DNA of 63,430 nucleotides, filler included, from Octopus bimaculoides (GCF_001194135.2; 7 parts of 6 records of this genome joined end to end with filler, not necessarily neighbours in it); one strand, 5' to 3'. Shown: positions 36,438 to 49,413, numbered from the whole stretch's first letter. The notes: a model not told the origin generated them from the sequence alone. Program-made: numbers and translations.

Positions 36438-36521
36438 AAAATATATAGTTTTAAGGAAAATAACCAAGTTTCAAGAACTCATCGATGAAACTTGGTTATT
36501 TTCCCTAAAACTATATATTTT
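36438..36521. repeat. Collapsed member of the 26371 foldback family (36-bp arms)
   Basis: AAAATATATAGTTTTAAGGAAAATAACCAAGTTTCA and its inverse, one mismatch, 12-nt loop. Confidence 0.85.
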
Positions 36522-37299
36522 ATATATATTTTAATCTATAAAGCTCAATTTAATTTTAATTTTTTATAAATTGATTTTAANNNNNNNNNNNNNNNNNNNN
36601 NNNNNNNNNNNNNNNNNNNNNNNNNNNNNNNNNNNNNNNNNNNNNNNNNNNNNNNNNNNNNNNNNNNNNNNNNNNNNNNNNNNNNNNNNNNNNNNNNNNN
36701 NNNNNNNNNNNNNNNNNNNNNNNNNNNNNNNNNNNNNNNNNNNNNNNNNNNNNNNNNNNNNNNNNNNNNNNNNNNNNNNNNNNNNNNNNNNNNNNNNNNN
36801 NNNNNNNNNNNNNNNNNNNNNNNNNNNNNNNNNNNNNNNNNNNNNNNNNNNNNNNNNNNNNNNNNNNNNNNNNNNNNNNNNNNNNNNNNNNNNNNNNNNN
36901 NNNNNNNNNNNNNNNNNNNNNNNNNNNNNNNNNNNNNNNNNNNNNNNNNNNNNNNNNNNNNNNNNNNNNNNNNNNNNNNNNNNNNNNNNNNNNNNNNNNN
37001 NNNNNNNNNNNNNNNNNNNNNNNNNNNNNNNNNNNNNNNNNNNNNNNNNNNNNNNNNNNNNNNNNNNNNNNNNNNNNNNNNNNNNNNNNNNNNNNNNNNN
37101 NNNNNNNNNNNNNNNNNNNNNNNNNNNNNNNNNNNNNNNNNNNNNNNNNNNNNNNNNNNNNNNNNNNNNNNNNNNNNNNNNNNNNNNNNNNNNNNNNNNN
37201 NNNNNNNNNNNNNNNNNNNNNNNNNNNNNNNNNNNNNNNNNNNNNNNNNNNNNNNNNNNNNNNNNNNNNNNNNNNTATATATATATATATATATATATA

Positions 37300-37520
37300 T
37301 GCATGTGTGTATGTGTTTCTGTGTCTGTGTTTGTCCCCCCAACATCGCTTGACAACCGATGCTGGTGTGTTTGCGTCCCCGTAACTTAGCGGTTCGGCAA
37401 AAAGAGACCGATAGAATATGTACTAGGCTTCCAAAGAATAAGTCCTGGGGTCGATTTGCTCGACTATAGGCGGTGCTCAAGCATGGTCGCAGCCAAATGA
37501 CTGAAACAAGTAAAAGAGAG
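37300..37520 (+). mobile_element. C body of the composite SINE
   Basis: TTTGTCCCCCCAACATCGCTTGACAACCGATGCTGGTGTG...AATGACTGAAACAAGTAAAAGAG. Confidence 0.85.
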
Positions 37521-38587
37521 TATTGCAAGAAACAACTAAGTTTCTTTCTCTAATGTTTTACATAATTGAACATGCTTCTGGCCACCGAAACATGTTCTCT
37601 CAGAGAGTTCTATTGTGAACCAATGCAAGTGAATGAATGAAAAACAAAACAGGAATTTTGAAAGAAGTATCTATAAAATTAGCTTTTAATCGTTGAATTG
37701 TTATGGGGGTGCACCAGAATAAAATTGTAATCAAAGGGATCCATAGGTAAAAAATGGTTAAGAACCACTGTCGTAGGTAACATGTAATGCTGTTGGCCTT
37801 ATATATGATAGACAAACAGTGAAACCAAACACACTTAGGTGCTTGTATACATGTATGTGCACATCTGCGTGGATGTCTGCAACGGAAAAAGAAAGAGAGA
37901 GAGAGAGAGAGAGTGTGTGTGTGCGTGTGTATGTGTGTGAGTGTGAGCATGTTTCAAGGTAAAAGTCAAGAATGAGTATTGTGGAGAAAGGATGGTAAGG
38001 AAAGTTGAGAATTTGCTGAAAGAGTTATATGGGCAGAGATGGGAAAATATGCATTTCTCTGTCACTATCACATCCTTCAATGGTACAGTCATCAGCCTGA
38101 CAGTAAAGTACAGGCAGCATGTAAGATAAAGTGTGCTAGAACTAGATAAAGGACTAGAACTTAAGGATTGGGCAAAAGAAGTGAGAAAGGGTTGTGTATG
38201 CATGTATGTATGTATGTATGTATTCTTTTACATGTTTCAGCCATTTGACAGCTCTCATGCTGGAGCACTACTTTAAGGGGTTTAAGTCGAACAAATCAAC
38301 CTGAGGACTTATTTTTTATAAGCCTAGTACATAATCTATCAAACTCTTTGCTGAACTGCTACGTTACAGGGACATAAACACTCTAACATTGGTTGTCAAG
38401 CGATGGTGGGTGTATATATATATTTACATATATATGTATATAAATAATGTATATGTGTGTGTGTGTATAAGTGTGTATTGTATGCTTATATATATATATA
38501 AATATATACACACACACACACACTTTCATTCACACAAACACACAAACAAAGCATATATGCATACAAGCATGCACACACACACAGACA

Positions 38588-38804
38588 AGGGGGGGGGGGC
38601 TGAAAAGTTCCTGGCTTTAAGGCTACTGCAAAAGGCCTGATTCGAGGCCTAATCTTTTGAGTTCTTTCACAGGGCTTAGAAAAACTGAAGGACCACTGCA
38701 ATAAGTGTGTGAATCTGAGAAGGGAATATGTTGAATAAAATCATAATTAACTGATCCTCCTGTATTTTCTGTTACCTAAAACAAGGAACTTTTCAGCACC
38801 CCTC
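38588..38804 (+). mobile_element. Internally deleted mariner element
   Basis: TIRs GGGGCTGAAAAGTTCCT / AGGAACTTTTCAGCACCCC. Internal GLEKLKDHCNKCVNLRREYVE* resembles the mariner transposase C-terminus. Confidence 0.8.
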
Positions 38805-39208
38805 TGTGTGTCTGTGTGAGTGTGTGTATGTGTGTGTGTGTGTGTGTGTGTGTATATACATATATATAAAACTGAGATCTGAGTTGAAAAGCAAAAGTGG
38901 GTTAACAGCATTTAGAAATCTTACATGTAGTGGACTTTACACAATATTGCTATCAGTTGTTGCTTAAGAGAGGGTAGACTCACTTTACAATATAATTTAT
39001 GTTTACAAAGGTAATTTGATAGCATCAGTCATTGTATAACAGCAGCAGCTGCAATGGGCTTCGAAAGGTTGAACATAAAGTTAAATGTGACAAGGCAATT
39101 AAATGTTTTCATCATGTATATATATATATATATATATATATAGATATAGATATATATATATATATATATAGATATATATATATATAGAGAGATAGATAGA
39201 TAGATGTA

Positions 39209-39420
39209 TGATGGTGATGAAGAAGAATAGGGAGGAGGAGGAGAGGGAGAAGAAGAAGAAGAAAAGGAAAGGAAGAAGAAGAAGAAAAGGAAGAAGAGGA
39301 AAAGGAAGAAGAACAAGAAAAGGAAGAAGAAGAAGAGGAAAGAAGAAAAGGAAGAAAGAAAAGAAGAAGAAAAGGAGGAAGAAGAAGAAAAAGAAGAATC
39401 ACATTATAAAAGAAAGAAAA
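39209..39420. repeat. (GAA/GGA)n polypurine tract
   Basis: Read directly. Source of the K/R/E-rich ORF 39208-39423. Confidence 0.95.
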
Positions 39421-39453
39421 TAGCAACAAAAACAACTAGATGTTAATACTCAC

Positions 39454-39498
39454 TTGAGCATGGTAAGCATAGAGAATGGCAGTCCACATAGGAAATAA
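39454..39498 (-). CDS. 45-nt penultimate coding exon of the same host gene
   Basis: TTTGTTTAATATTTTCAG| LFPMWTAILYAYHAQ |GTGAGT. Phase 0-0, joins in frame to 36156. Confidence 0.72.
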
Positions 39499-40202
39499 CT
39501 GAAAATATTAAACAAAATTAAAGGCTTTAGTCAAACTAAGTTCTTACAGAAACAAATTGTCTCAATCATAGTGGTGGTGGTAGTGGTGGAGGAAAGAAAG
39601 AAACTGTAACAGCCATGTCTTTTATATTTTTAATCATAATTTAGTGACATTTGTGTGTTATGGAATGCATGCGTGTCATTCTGTTAAATTGGACTAATAT
39701 CTCGCAAATGGCATACCAACACAAGTGTGTGTCTTGTCACCACTGATTTTGTTTCCTTATAACTTTCAGAAAAATGAATACTTTAGATTACAATTAAATG
39801 GGAAATTGTTGTGAAAATGCTTTTAGAGAGAAATGACAAATTCCAGATAATTTGCAGGTGGTGACTTTGTTTCATCATATATATATATATTTCTTTTTTT
39901 TTATTTATGCGTCCTTTTAAAGCCTAACCAGGCTCAAGGGCCCGGTTTCCCGGTTTCTATGGCGTATGTGTTCCCCCCAGCTGGACAGGACGCCAGTCCA
40001 TCACAGCGTTAGTCAAGAAACAGGAAGAGTGAGAAAAAGTTGGGGCGAAAGAGTACAACACCTATATGTCCTCCTACTGCTTTTCAAAATCCTGTCTCCA
40101 GCAGGATTTGAACCTGGGTTGTTCTTTTGTTCCCAGGTTTGTACTTCAGCCCACTAAGCCACTCTGACCAATGAAGGAACTCATTCTCTTTTTCCTTCTA
40201 TT

Positions 40203-40580
40203 ACTCTTTACTTGTTTCAGTCATTCGACTGTGGCCATGCTGGAGCACCGCCTTTAGTCGAGCAAATCGGCCCCAGAACTTATTCTTTGTAAGCCTAGTA
40301 CTTATTCTATTGGTCTCTTTTGCCGAACCGCTAAGTTAAGGGGACGTAAACACACCACCATCGGTTGTCAAGCGATGTTGGGAGGACAAACACACACATA
40401 CATATAGATATATACGACGGGCTTCTTTCAGTTTCCGTCTACCAAATCCACTCAGAAAGCTTTGGTCGGCCCGAGGCTATTGTAGAAGACACTTGCCCAA
40501 GGTGCCCCACAGTGGGACTGAACCCGGAACCATGTGGTTGGTAAGCAAGCTACTTACCACACAGCCACACCTGCGCCTAT
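40203..40580 (-). mobile_element. Full-length composite SINE
   Basis: Colinear with 901-1290. Confidence 0.88.
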
Positions 40581-40739
40581 GTATAAGTTGTATATCATTG
40601 CTGTATGAGAATGTGTGTGTGTGTGTGTGAGTCCTGTTGAGTATGTGCCTTAAGAAATGTACAAAATATTGCTTCAGGGCAGGGAAACCTTATTTTCTCT
40701 CTTTATGCTGTTATTTTAGTATAATTTTGGATATGTTTT

Positions 40740-41000
40740 GGGGAGATTCAGTGTGACACAGAGTGTGACAAAAGGCTGGCCCTTTTGAATTACAGGCACA
40801 ACAGAAACAGGAAGAAAGAGTGAGAGAAAGTTGTGGTGAATGAGTACAGCAGGGTTCGCCACCACCCCCTGCAGGAGCCTCGTGGAGCTTTAGGTGTTTT
40901 CACTCAATAAACACTCACAACGCCCAGTCTGGGAATTGAAACCGTGATCCCATGACCGTGAGTCTGCTACCCTAACCACTGGGCCATTGCACTTCCATAT
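40740..41000 (-). mobile_element. SINE family D variant
   Basis: GGGAGATTCAGTGTGACACAGAGTGTGAC...GGCTGGCCC...GGGAATTGAAACC...CCCTAACCACT. Confidence 0.65.
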
Positions 41001-41084
41001 ATATAACAACACCTGCGTTTAACTCCATTTATTTATTTATATATATATACATGTATACATACATATATACATACATATATTATT

Positions 41085-41128
<44 letters not shown>

Positions 41129-41130
<2 letters not shown>

Positions 41131-41346
41131 GGCCGTTGCCAGTACCGCCTGACTGGCCTTCGTGCGGGTGACACGTAAAAGCACCCACTACACTCTCTGA
41201 GTGGTTGGCGTTAGGAAGGGCATCCAACTGTAGAAACTCTGCCAAATCAGATTGGAGCCTGGTGTAGCCATCCGGTTTCACCAGTCCTCAGTCAAATCGT
41301 CCAACCCATGCTAGCATGGAAAGCGGATATTAAACGATGATGATGA
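41129..41346 (+). mobile_element. RTE-type 3' tail element ending in (GAT)n
   Basis: GGTTGGCGTTAGGAAGGGCATCC...CCAACCCATGCTAGCATGGAAAGCGGATATTAAACGATGATGATGAT. Confidence 0.8.
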
Positions 41347-41365
41347 TACATACACATTTATATAC

Positions 41366-41398
<33 letters not shown>

Positions 41399-41479
41399 CA
41401 CACACACACATATATATATATATATGTATATAAATATATGTATGTATGTATACATGCACATATATGCACACATACCTAC

Positions 41480-41516
<37 letters not shown>

Positions 41517-41849
41517 GCAGTAGCCTATAAGCTGTTACATTCCTTGAATTATTCATTTTATTAAACGAGTTCAGTTAAATCCGTTAAACTAAACTGACAT
41601 GTAACTGATATATAACTAATAATGTTTTTGGCACCATCTCAACTTAAAATAGAGATCTTAGAAATGGATTTTAGAAAAAAGATCAGAAAAAAATGCTGAA
41701 ACATAACAGCAATTGCATAAGTTGATAATAAAATCTTTAAGTTAAAAAAAAACTTCTAATGAGTAATAATAACATGCCAAGCATTAATTGAGTTTAATTC
41801 CTGAAGTAAATAAATATTTGCTTCTAATAATTATAATAATTATTATTTC

Positions 41850-42230
41850 TAATTTTGGTGTAAGGCCAGCAATTTTGAGGAGATTGGGCAAGTCAATAAC
41901 ATTGAACTTAATTTCCTAATTGGTACTTATTTGATTGACCCAAAAGGATGAAAGGCAAAGTCAACCTTGGCGGTATTTCAACTTGGAACATAAAAACGAG
42001 AGAAATGCTGCTAAGAATTTAGTTTGATGGGCTAACAATTCCGCCTGCCTGTTGCCTTAAAAGTAATCACCTTTTCTATTCTAGGTACAAAGACTGAATT
42101 TTGTGGGGAGCGGGAGTCAATTATATTGACCCCCCCAGTGTTTGACTGGTAGTTGTTTTATTGCCCCCCCCCCCAAAAAAAACCTTGGTGGAAGTTGATC
42201 TCAGAATTAAAGGCAGATGAAATGCCACTA
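41850..42230 (-). mobile_element. Two adjacent diverged SINE family A copies
   Basis: GACCCAAAAGGATGAAAGGCAAAGTCAACC in the first copy; a second, partly deleted copy from about 42070. Confidence 0.65.
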
Positions 42231-42238
42231 AGCAACAC

Positions 42239-42414
42239 GAGAGAAAAATGGAAAACAGGACAAGTAACATAAAGATCGATCTTTCATCAGTTGTTGGCCG
42301 TCTATCTGCCCCTCATTTCAAGTTCAATGTTTGAAATGAGGTGTAGATACATAGCCAGCAACTGATGAAGGATCGCTCTTTGTGTTACTTGTCCTGTTTT
42401 CCATTTATTCTCTC
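42239..42414. repeat. Long imperfect hairpin (about 83-bp arms, 9-nt loop)
   Basis: GAGAGAAAAATGGAAAACAGGACAAGTAACA...CCTCATTTCAA / GTTCAATGT / TTGAAATGAGG...TGTTACTTGTCCTGTTTTCCATTTATTCTCTC. Confidence 0.9.
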
Positions 42415-42481
42415 ATTGTTTGCATATTTAACTCATTTGTTTTCATATCTCATGTTATTTACTGTTGGTGACGTTCTGTAC

Positions 42482-42525
<44 letters not shown>

Positions 42526-42554
42526 TAATTGAATGCTACACATCCATTCCCAAG

Positions 42555-42588
<34 letters not shown>

Positions 42589-42688
42589 NNNNNNNNNNNN
42601 NNNNNNNNNNNNNNNNNNNNNNNNNNNNNNNNTTAATTAATTAANNNNNNNNNNNNNNNNNNNNNNNNNNNNNNNNNNNNNNNNNNNN
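42589..42688. other. Artificial scaffold-join spacer
   Basis: 44 N + TTAATTAATTAA (42633-42644) + 44 N. Confidence 0.95.
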
Positions 42689-42736
42689 AGGTAAGGGGAA
42701 AAGGGGAGGCGGGAAACGGCAGGGCGGGTTCGGGGG

Positions 42737-42776
<40 letters not shown>

Positions 42777-43113
42777 GTGTTTGTGTGTGTGTGTGTCTGT
42801 GTGTGTCTGTGTGTGTTTATACATACACATTTCGATGTGACAGGTAAACGATAAATACGAGATGTGACTCGTCGATATGACTGAAGAGAAGTTCAAACGT
42901 TTAGTTGTAGCTGCATCTTGTCTCTTACACACCACGTCAAGACGACTGACTACAGTTAGTAAATAAAATATAAACCTTCCATTTATGGATGGCGGTTGAA
43001 ACATCAAAGTGAGTCAGAATTGTTGAATAAAAAATGTGATCCTTGCAGAGATAACAATACGCCAAAGCTTGCCTAAACATGATCCCTGTTTCAACACCAA
43101 ATGTAATAAAATT

Positions 43114-43178
<65 letters not shown>

Positions 43179-43362
43179 NNNNNNNNNNNNNNNNNNNNNN
43201 NNNNNNNNNNNNNNNNNNNNNNNNNNNNNNNNNNNNNNNNNNNNNNNNNNNNNNNNNNNNNNNNNNNNNNNNNNNNNNNNNNNNNNNNNNNNNNNNNNNN
43301 NNNNNNNNNNNNNNNNNNNNNNNNNNNNNNNNNNNNNNNNNNNNNNNNNNNNNNNNNNNNNN

Positions 43363-43402
<40 letters not shown>

Positions 43403-43728
43403 ACAATATATTTATTTATGTGTATGTACCTGTCTACGTTGTTTGAGCTTGTGTGCACGTGTGTGTATGGGCCTGTAGGTCAATCTATGTGTGTGGTTGT
43501 GTGTGTGTATGTGTTTGTGTTAGTGTGAATATATACACTGCATGCGCGTGAACACGTACGTTGCACACAAAGGAATTCAATTCTTACATTTATATACATT
43601 GTTACCTGCAGATAGATAGATAAACAGACAGATACAGAAAGGATACACTTGCACACACGCACACACACGTGCGCGGTCACACAGGCGTGTGTGGAAATAT
43701 CAAACCGTATGTACGCCCAGACACACAC

Positions 43729-43774
<46 letters not shown>

Positions 43775-43782
43775 TGTGTGTT

Positions 43783-43831
<49 letters not shown>

Positions 43832-44963
43832 TATTGATTTTGTTTCTTTATATATAAGTTATCGTTTCGTCTCTAGAAAGCACTTCAAAACAAATGTGCT
43901 GTACACAAATGTAGAGATAGAGACAGAGAGTGGGGAGTCACTAGCTAATAAAATGTCCTACAATTCCGTCGTTATGACGGCACTTTGAGTAGGTATTTTT
44001 AACATTTGCCTGTATAATTAACGACAGTATATCAAGTACAGCCAGTTAAATTCAAAGAGCTATTATTGTGTTGTTATATTGCAATGCATTATATCAGACC
44101 TTCACTCATATATCCGTATAACATAGAAACACACACCAGAACACTCAGATACTTGCATGCACCAAGAAACACACCTTATCAATCAAATATCTACATGCAC
44201 TCACACATATACTCTATGTGCATGTATGCGTTTATAGATGTATACTAAAAGATATGTGTGGGCGTGCGTGTGTGTGTGTGTGTGTGCGTGTGTTTGAGTG
44301 TGTGTGTAATCCTTTGTGTGCGTGTGTATGTATCTGCGTGCCTGTGTAGTATTGAAAAGTGTCTATTTTATTGGTCTATCCTTTTATTAAATTTATTTTT
44401 TCATATCTCTTATGAGTTTATTGAAGATACTTGGGAAGATTAAAGTTCGTAAAATCAACATCGCAGACTTCACCCAATCATAGACCCATCTTCAGAGTTG
44501 AGAAATGCTGGCATCTGATATCGATTCTTTGTAGAAGACAGGAACGTGTGATTTACAACGGCATTTCTCTCGGAATTTGAAATCCTGACTTTTAGAAGAT
44601 ACTTGATATTTGCAGATACGGGTACTGCTTTTGTGCTTGTTTTGTGCTGCATTTTAGCTCTGCATTGAAAGCACGTTGCATACAGAATAGGAGGTTGTGT
44701 TGGATTCAAGAAAGTAAGATGGTGGTTTCCATCCCTTGATCAGGTGGTACGTTGTGGTCCTGCGATATACACATCATTTCACTTTCCGTAAGCATATTCA
44801 ACTGTTAAACGAGTAAACGTGTAACGGAGCGGGATCCAGTTCAGAAGGAATGTTGTGCTTGCAGTCACTTAAACGCCATCGAAACCGTGCAGCCGTCCCT
44901 AACAGACCCAGAGCTCAATACACTAATGTCCAGAGATTGATTATGATGATAATGATGATGATG

Positions 44964-45016
<53 letters not shown>

Positions 45017-45189
45017 GATTGTGATGTTAGATAGATAGATAGATTATACACACGCACACGCACTTACACTCTCACACACACACATACACACACATACACA
45101 TATACACACATACACACGCACACACATACATACACACGCGCACACATACATACACACACACACATATATACACACATACACACGCACAC

Positions 45190-45238
<49 letters not shown>

Positions 45239-45240
45239 AA

Positions 45241-46440
45241 TAGGATGGGCCAGAATTCACAACTCTCTTGTCAGTTATATTTCTTAACGTATTTATTTTA
45301 TTGTTATTGTTTTATTTTAATTCTTAATATGCGTAACAGGTTTTTTTTCTTTCTCAGAATTTCACTAACGTCATTGCACATTCTTTGCTAAACTTGGAGA
45401 AACGTGTTCAATGTGTGAGATTATTTGCTAAAACGAACAACATCACAGAGTAATGAGAGCAACGTATGGGCCATCGACACCCATGTTGTGGACCCAAAAA
45501 GACCAGTTTTCCAAAGACCATTTTCGAACAAATGAAAATAAAGAACGCTTGAGAATTGAGCTAGACAATTCTCCACAAAACTCCAAGTCATCAAGACAGA
45601 ACATTTCAAGGACTTCTTTAAGACGCTTGTTACCATTTTATGAAACTGTATCCTTTTCTCCTTGGTTTGATTCATGAATTAATGGAAGATGATCGACATT
45701 GTGGCTTGCAGTTTGCGGTAGAATGGCTGGACAATTTGAACGATGACCCACCACTGGAAGAACGTGTTGTCTAGAATGATGAGTCAACATTTTATGCTTC
45801 AGGGAGTGTTCTTCGGCATAACTGTGTGTATTGGAGACAAGAAAATCCTGATTGAGTATGACCGCAAAAGACCTGGCATAATGGTATAGCCAGGTGTGAG
45901 TTACATTCTTTATTGAAAATGGCATAAAGTGGGTCTCCTATCTCAAACTTTTACAAAACCAAATACACCCGAAGTTAAAGGAACAAGAAATATTTGAAGA
46001 ACTATGGTGGCAGCAGGCTGGTGCTCCCCCATATTATCCATTGACTGTCCTTGACTAGGTGAACAAAAGTTTCCCTGATCGATCTTTTGGGAGGGGATGG
46101 CCTGTAGAGTGGCCGGCTTGCTCACCAAATTTAAAACCACCAGATTTTTGGTGGGGTTATCTATTTTGGTGGGGTGTCTATCATCAGAAGATGAACAGTC
46201 TTGAACGTCTTAAACAAGTTATTTTCCAAGAATGAGACACAATCCTGGTAGACATGTGTTGTAAAGCATGTCAAAATGTTTCAATACTGTTACAAGCCTG
46301 TGTTGTAGCACAAGGTGACCCAGTTGAACATGAAATGGAAAACCGAGTTAACTAAACATTGCATTCGTTAACGTTGTACATTTGTTTGCTTATATTAATA
46401 AATATAAGTAACAAGTGCGTCATGAATTCTGGCCTACCAT

Positions 46441-46443
<3 letters not shown>
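45241..46443 (+). mobile_element. Decayed, apparently full-length DD41D (rosa/VS-type) Tc1/mariner transposon
   Basis: NDESTF...HNCVYW...WWQQAGAP...FPDR..GRG..EWPACSPNLKPPDFWWGYL, with 41 residues between the second (mutated to A) and third catalytic Asp. TIRs share GGCCAGAATTCA; flanks are (TA)n. Confidence 0.85.
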
Positions 46444-46495
<52 letters not shown>

Positions 46496-46824
46496 NNNNN
46501 NNNNNNNNNNNNNNNNNNNNNNNNNNNNNNNNNNNNNNNNNNNNNNNNNNNNNNNNNNNNNNNNNNNNNNNNNNNNNNNNNNNNNNNNNNNNNNNNNNNN
46601 NNNNNNNNNNNNNNNNNNNNNNNNNNNNNNNNNNNNNNNNNNNNNNNNNNNNNNNNNNNNNNNNNNNNNNNNNNNNNNNNNNNNNNNNNNNNNNNNNNNN
46701 NNNNNNNNNNNNNNNNNNNNNNNNNNNNNNNNNNNNNNNNNNNNNNNNNNNNNNNNNNNNNNNNNNNNNNNNNNNNNNNNNNNNNNNNNNNNNNNNNNNN
46801 NNNNNNNNNNNNNNNNNNNNNNNN

Positions 46825-46863
<39 letters not shown>

Positions 46864-47541
46864 GAATGCATGTATATATATGCATGTGTTATTTAGTTTC
46901 GAGTTTATTTACAATCGATTAACTTCTCGAAGATATCGGCATCACATAACCACAGTACATTGACTGATAGCAGTAAAATACCAAAATGATATTTCTAAAT
47001 TAAATACGTCTTTGTTATTTTATATTGCTGAATACTTCAATTCTTAAATCCTATAGATTATTTTATCATTTTATACCTCAACATAAATAAGTCACAGCAA
47101 TTGACAGCGAAAAAGTTGTTTAGAAGGATAATATACAGTTAAAATCTAGCGAATATGACAGGATTTTAAATGACAGAAATTGCAGTAATATTTTCTTTCC
47201 ATTAATTCATTTTTTTAAAAAATGAGAAACAACAAAGCCATAATATTTATGTTTATGTATAAAGGAGTTACAATGTTTCGGAATCAGACTTGGTTTAACA
47301 ATTGTATTTAATTACTGTGACATATATGAAATATATCAATTATTCCATTCATAATTGGAATGACAATAATGCTTGCTAAACAATCAAAATTTTTTAAGTG
47401 AAATCACATGATAACTTCAAGCATTGAAATTCGCACGCTTTATCAAATATCAGTCTTGGTGGACATTTTGTGTATTTGTTTGACCATTCTATTAAAACAT
47501 TTGCTAACATCCAATGTGTGTGCATAGTTTTACTCACTTGT

Positions 47542-47965
<424 letters not shown>

Positions 47966-48649
47966 TCACAGCTATTATTATATTTTCATTGCTCTTATAA
48001 TCACAATTATAATTATAAAGACAACAATAGCAATTGTAAAAATAATAACTTTTGCTTTGCCAGAAATGCGAGTGAGGAGCGGATTTGCAGAGAGAGATTA
48101 CAATGACGCTGTGGTGTTGCATAGAATCGATTATGAAGAACCAGAAACCAACTACATCTAGAAAAAATTAATTATGCATTTACAGAGATGGACAGTCTGA
48201 TCAAGCAGCACCGATATATCCAATAATTATCTTCATTTTCAAATAGACTCACACTTTCTTACTTGTGTTCTACGATCTATAGACACATGGTCAATAATCT
48301 GTAGTGTTCACCTCCCTCACTTACCTTCAAAAAAATTTAGTGAAGGACAGTATCTCTCAATTCTTCTTTTCTTTACGAGTATAACTTGAAATCGTGGTGT
48401 TTTCGCTGAAGGGGAAACATTAGGGTCCTAAACTCTTAATTTTGTGTATTTACACAGTCTGTTTCTCCTGAGCTCCGAGACAGAAGAAAACTAATCTGTA
48501 ATCCACAAGCAAAAGCAGAAAAAGTAAGGTACCTCTCCATAGTACGTTGTGCACGCAAAAACAGTTTAGCGTTTATCAAATGTTTCATCTACACACACTA
48601 GCTTACATTGTTCTACACTAGTCTCTTCATATATACTCATTTCTCTTAC

Positions 48650-48850
48650 AGGCATAAAGCCTGGAATTTTGGGGGAGGGGACCAGTCGATTACATCGATG
48701 GCAGTGTGCAAATGGTATTTATTTTATCGACCCCAGAAGGATGAAAGGTAAAGTCGACCGCAGCGGAATTTGAACTCCGAACGTAAAGATGGACTAAATG
48801 CTGCTAAGTATTTATCCCGATGTGCTAACGATTCTGCCTGCTCACCGCTT
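48650..48850 (-). mobile_element. SINE family A
   Basis: TTATCGACCCCAGAAGGATGAAAGGTAAAGTCGACC...GAATTTGAACTC. Confidence 0.8.
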
Positions 48851-49367
48851 TTAGCCTCTCCATATATATTAGCAACAAACACATGTTGTGTCACTCGCTA
48901 AAACCACCCATCATTATAAGTGGGATGTGTTGAAAGTGTCACGTAATAATATACATATAAGTTTAGTAAATGTGAATAAGCCAGGATCGTACGACCGCAG
49001 GGATGACAGTACACTTGATCTTTTGTTTTGGAGCCTCCTCATATATTATGGCATTTGCTTGCCTCTAAGTATGCAGCACTGACTTTTGACAATCTAATAT
49101 TTTGCACAAGAAGAAAAAAATGACGTATGACATATTGTACCGCGTATTACGAAATGTAGACCTTGGTCAAAAGAACGCCATTCTTTTGTACATATTGGTT
49201 ACAAAAACTCAACCAATTTCAAATATCTTCGATTAATTCACAATGCCGCTAGTGCTAGAATTTTTTATGGTAAAACCTTCTATTTTATATTGAAACAGAA
49301 TTATAGTATTTGGCCGTTAAAGTATAAGTGTCTGAAGCGTCTCTCTCTCTCTCTCTGTCTCTCTCTC

Positions 49368-49413
<46 letters not shown>

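Noticed and set aside
39208-39423. K/R-rich protamine-like ORF
   Set aside because: It is the (GAA)n tract inside an intron on the opposite strand.
42361-42380. CTGATGA as a hammerhead core (also GTGATGA near 8710)
   Set aside because: No stem II followed by GAAA.
44470-44709. 79-aa minus-strand ORF and a hydrophobic plus-strand peptide
   Set aside because: No motif recognised, the plus-strand frames contain stops, and no convincing splice pair was found.
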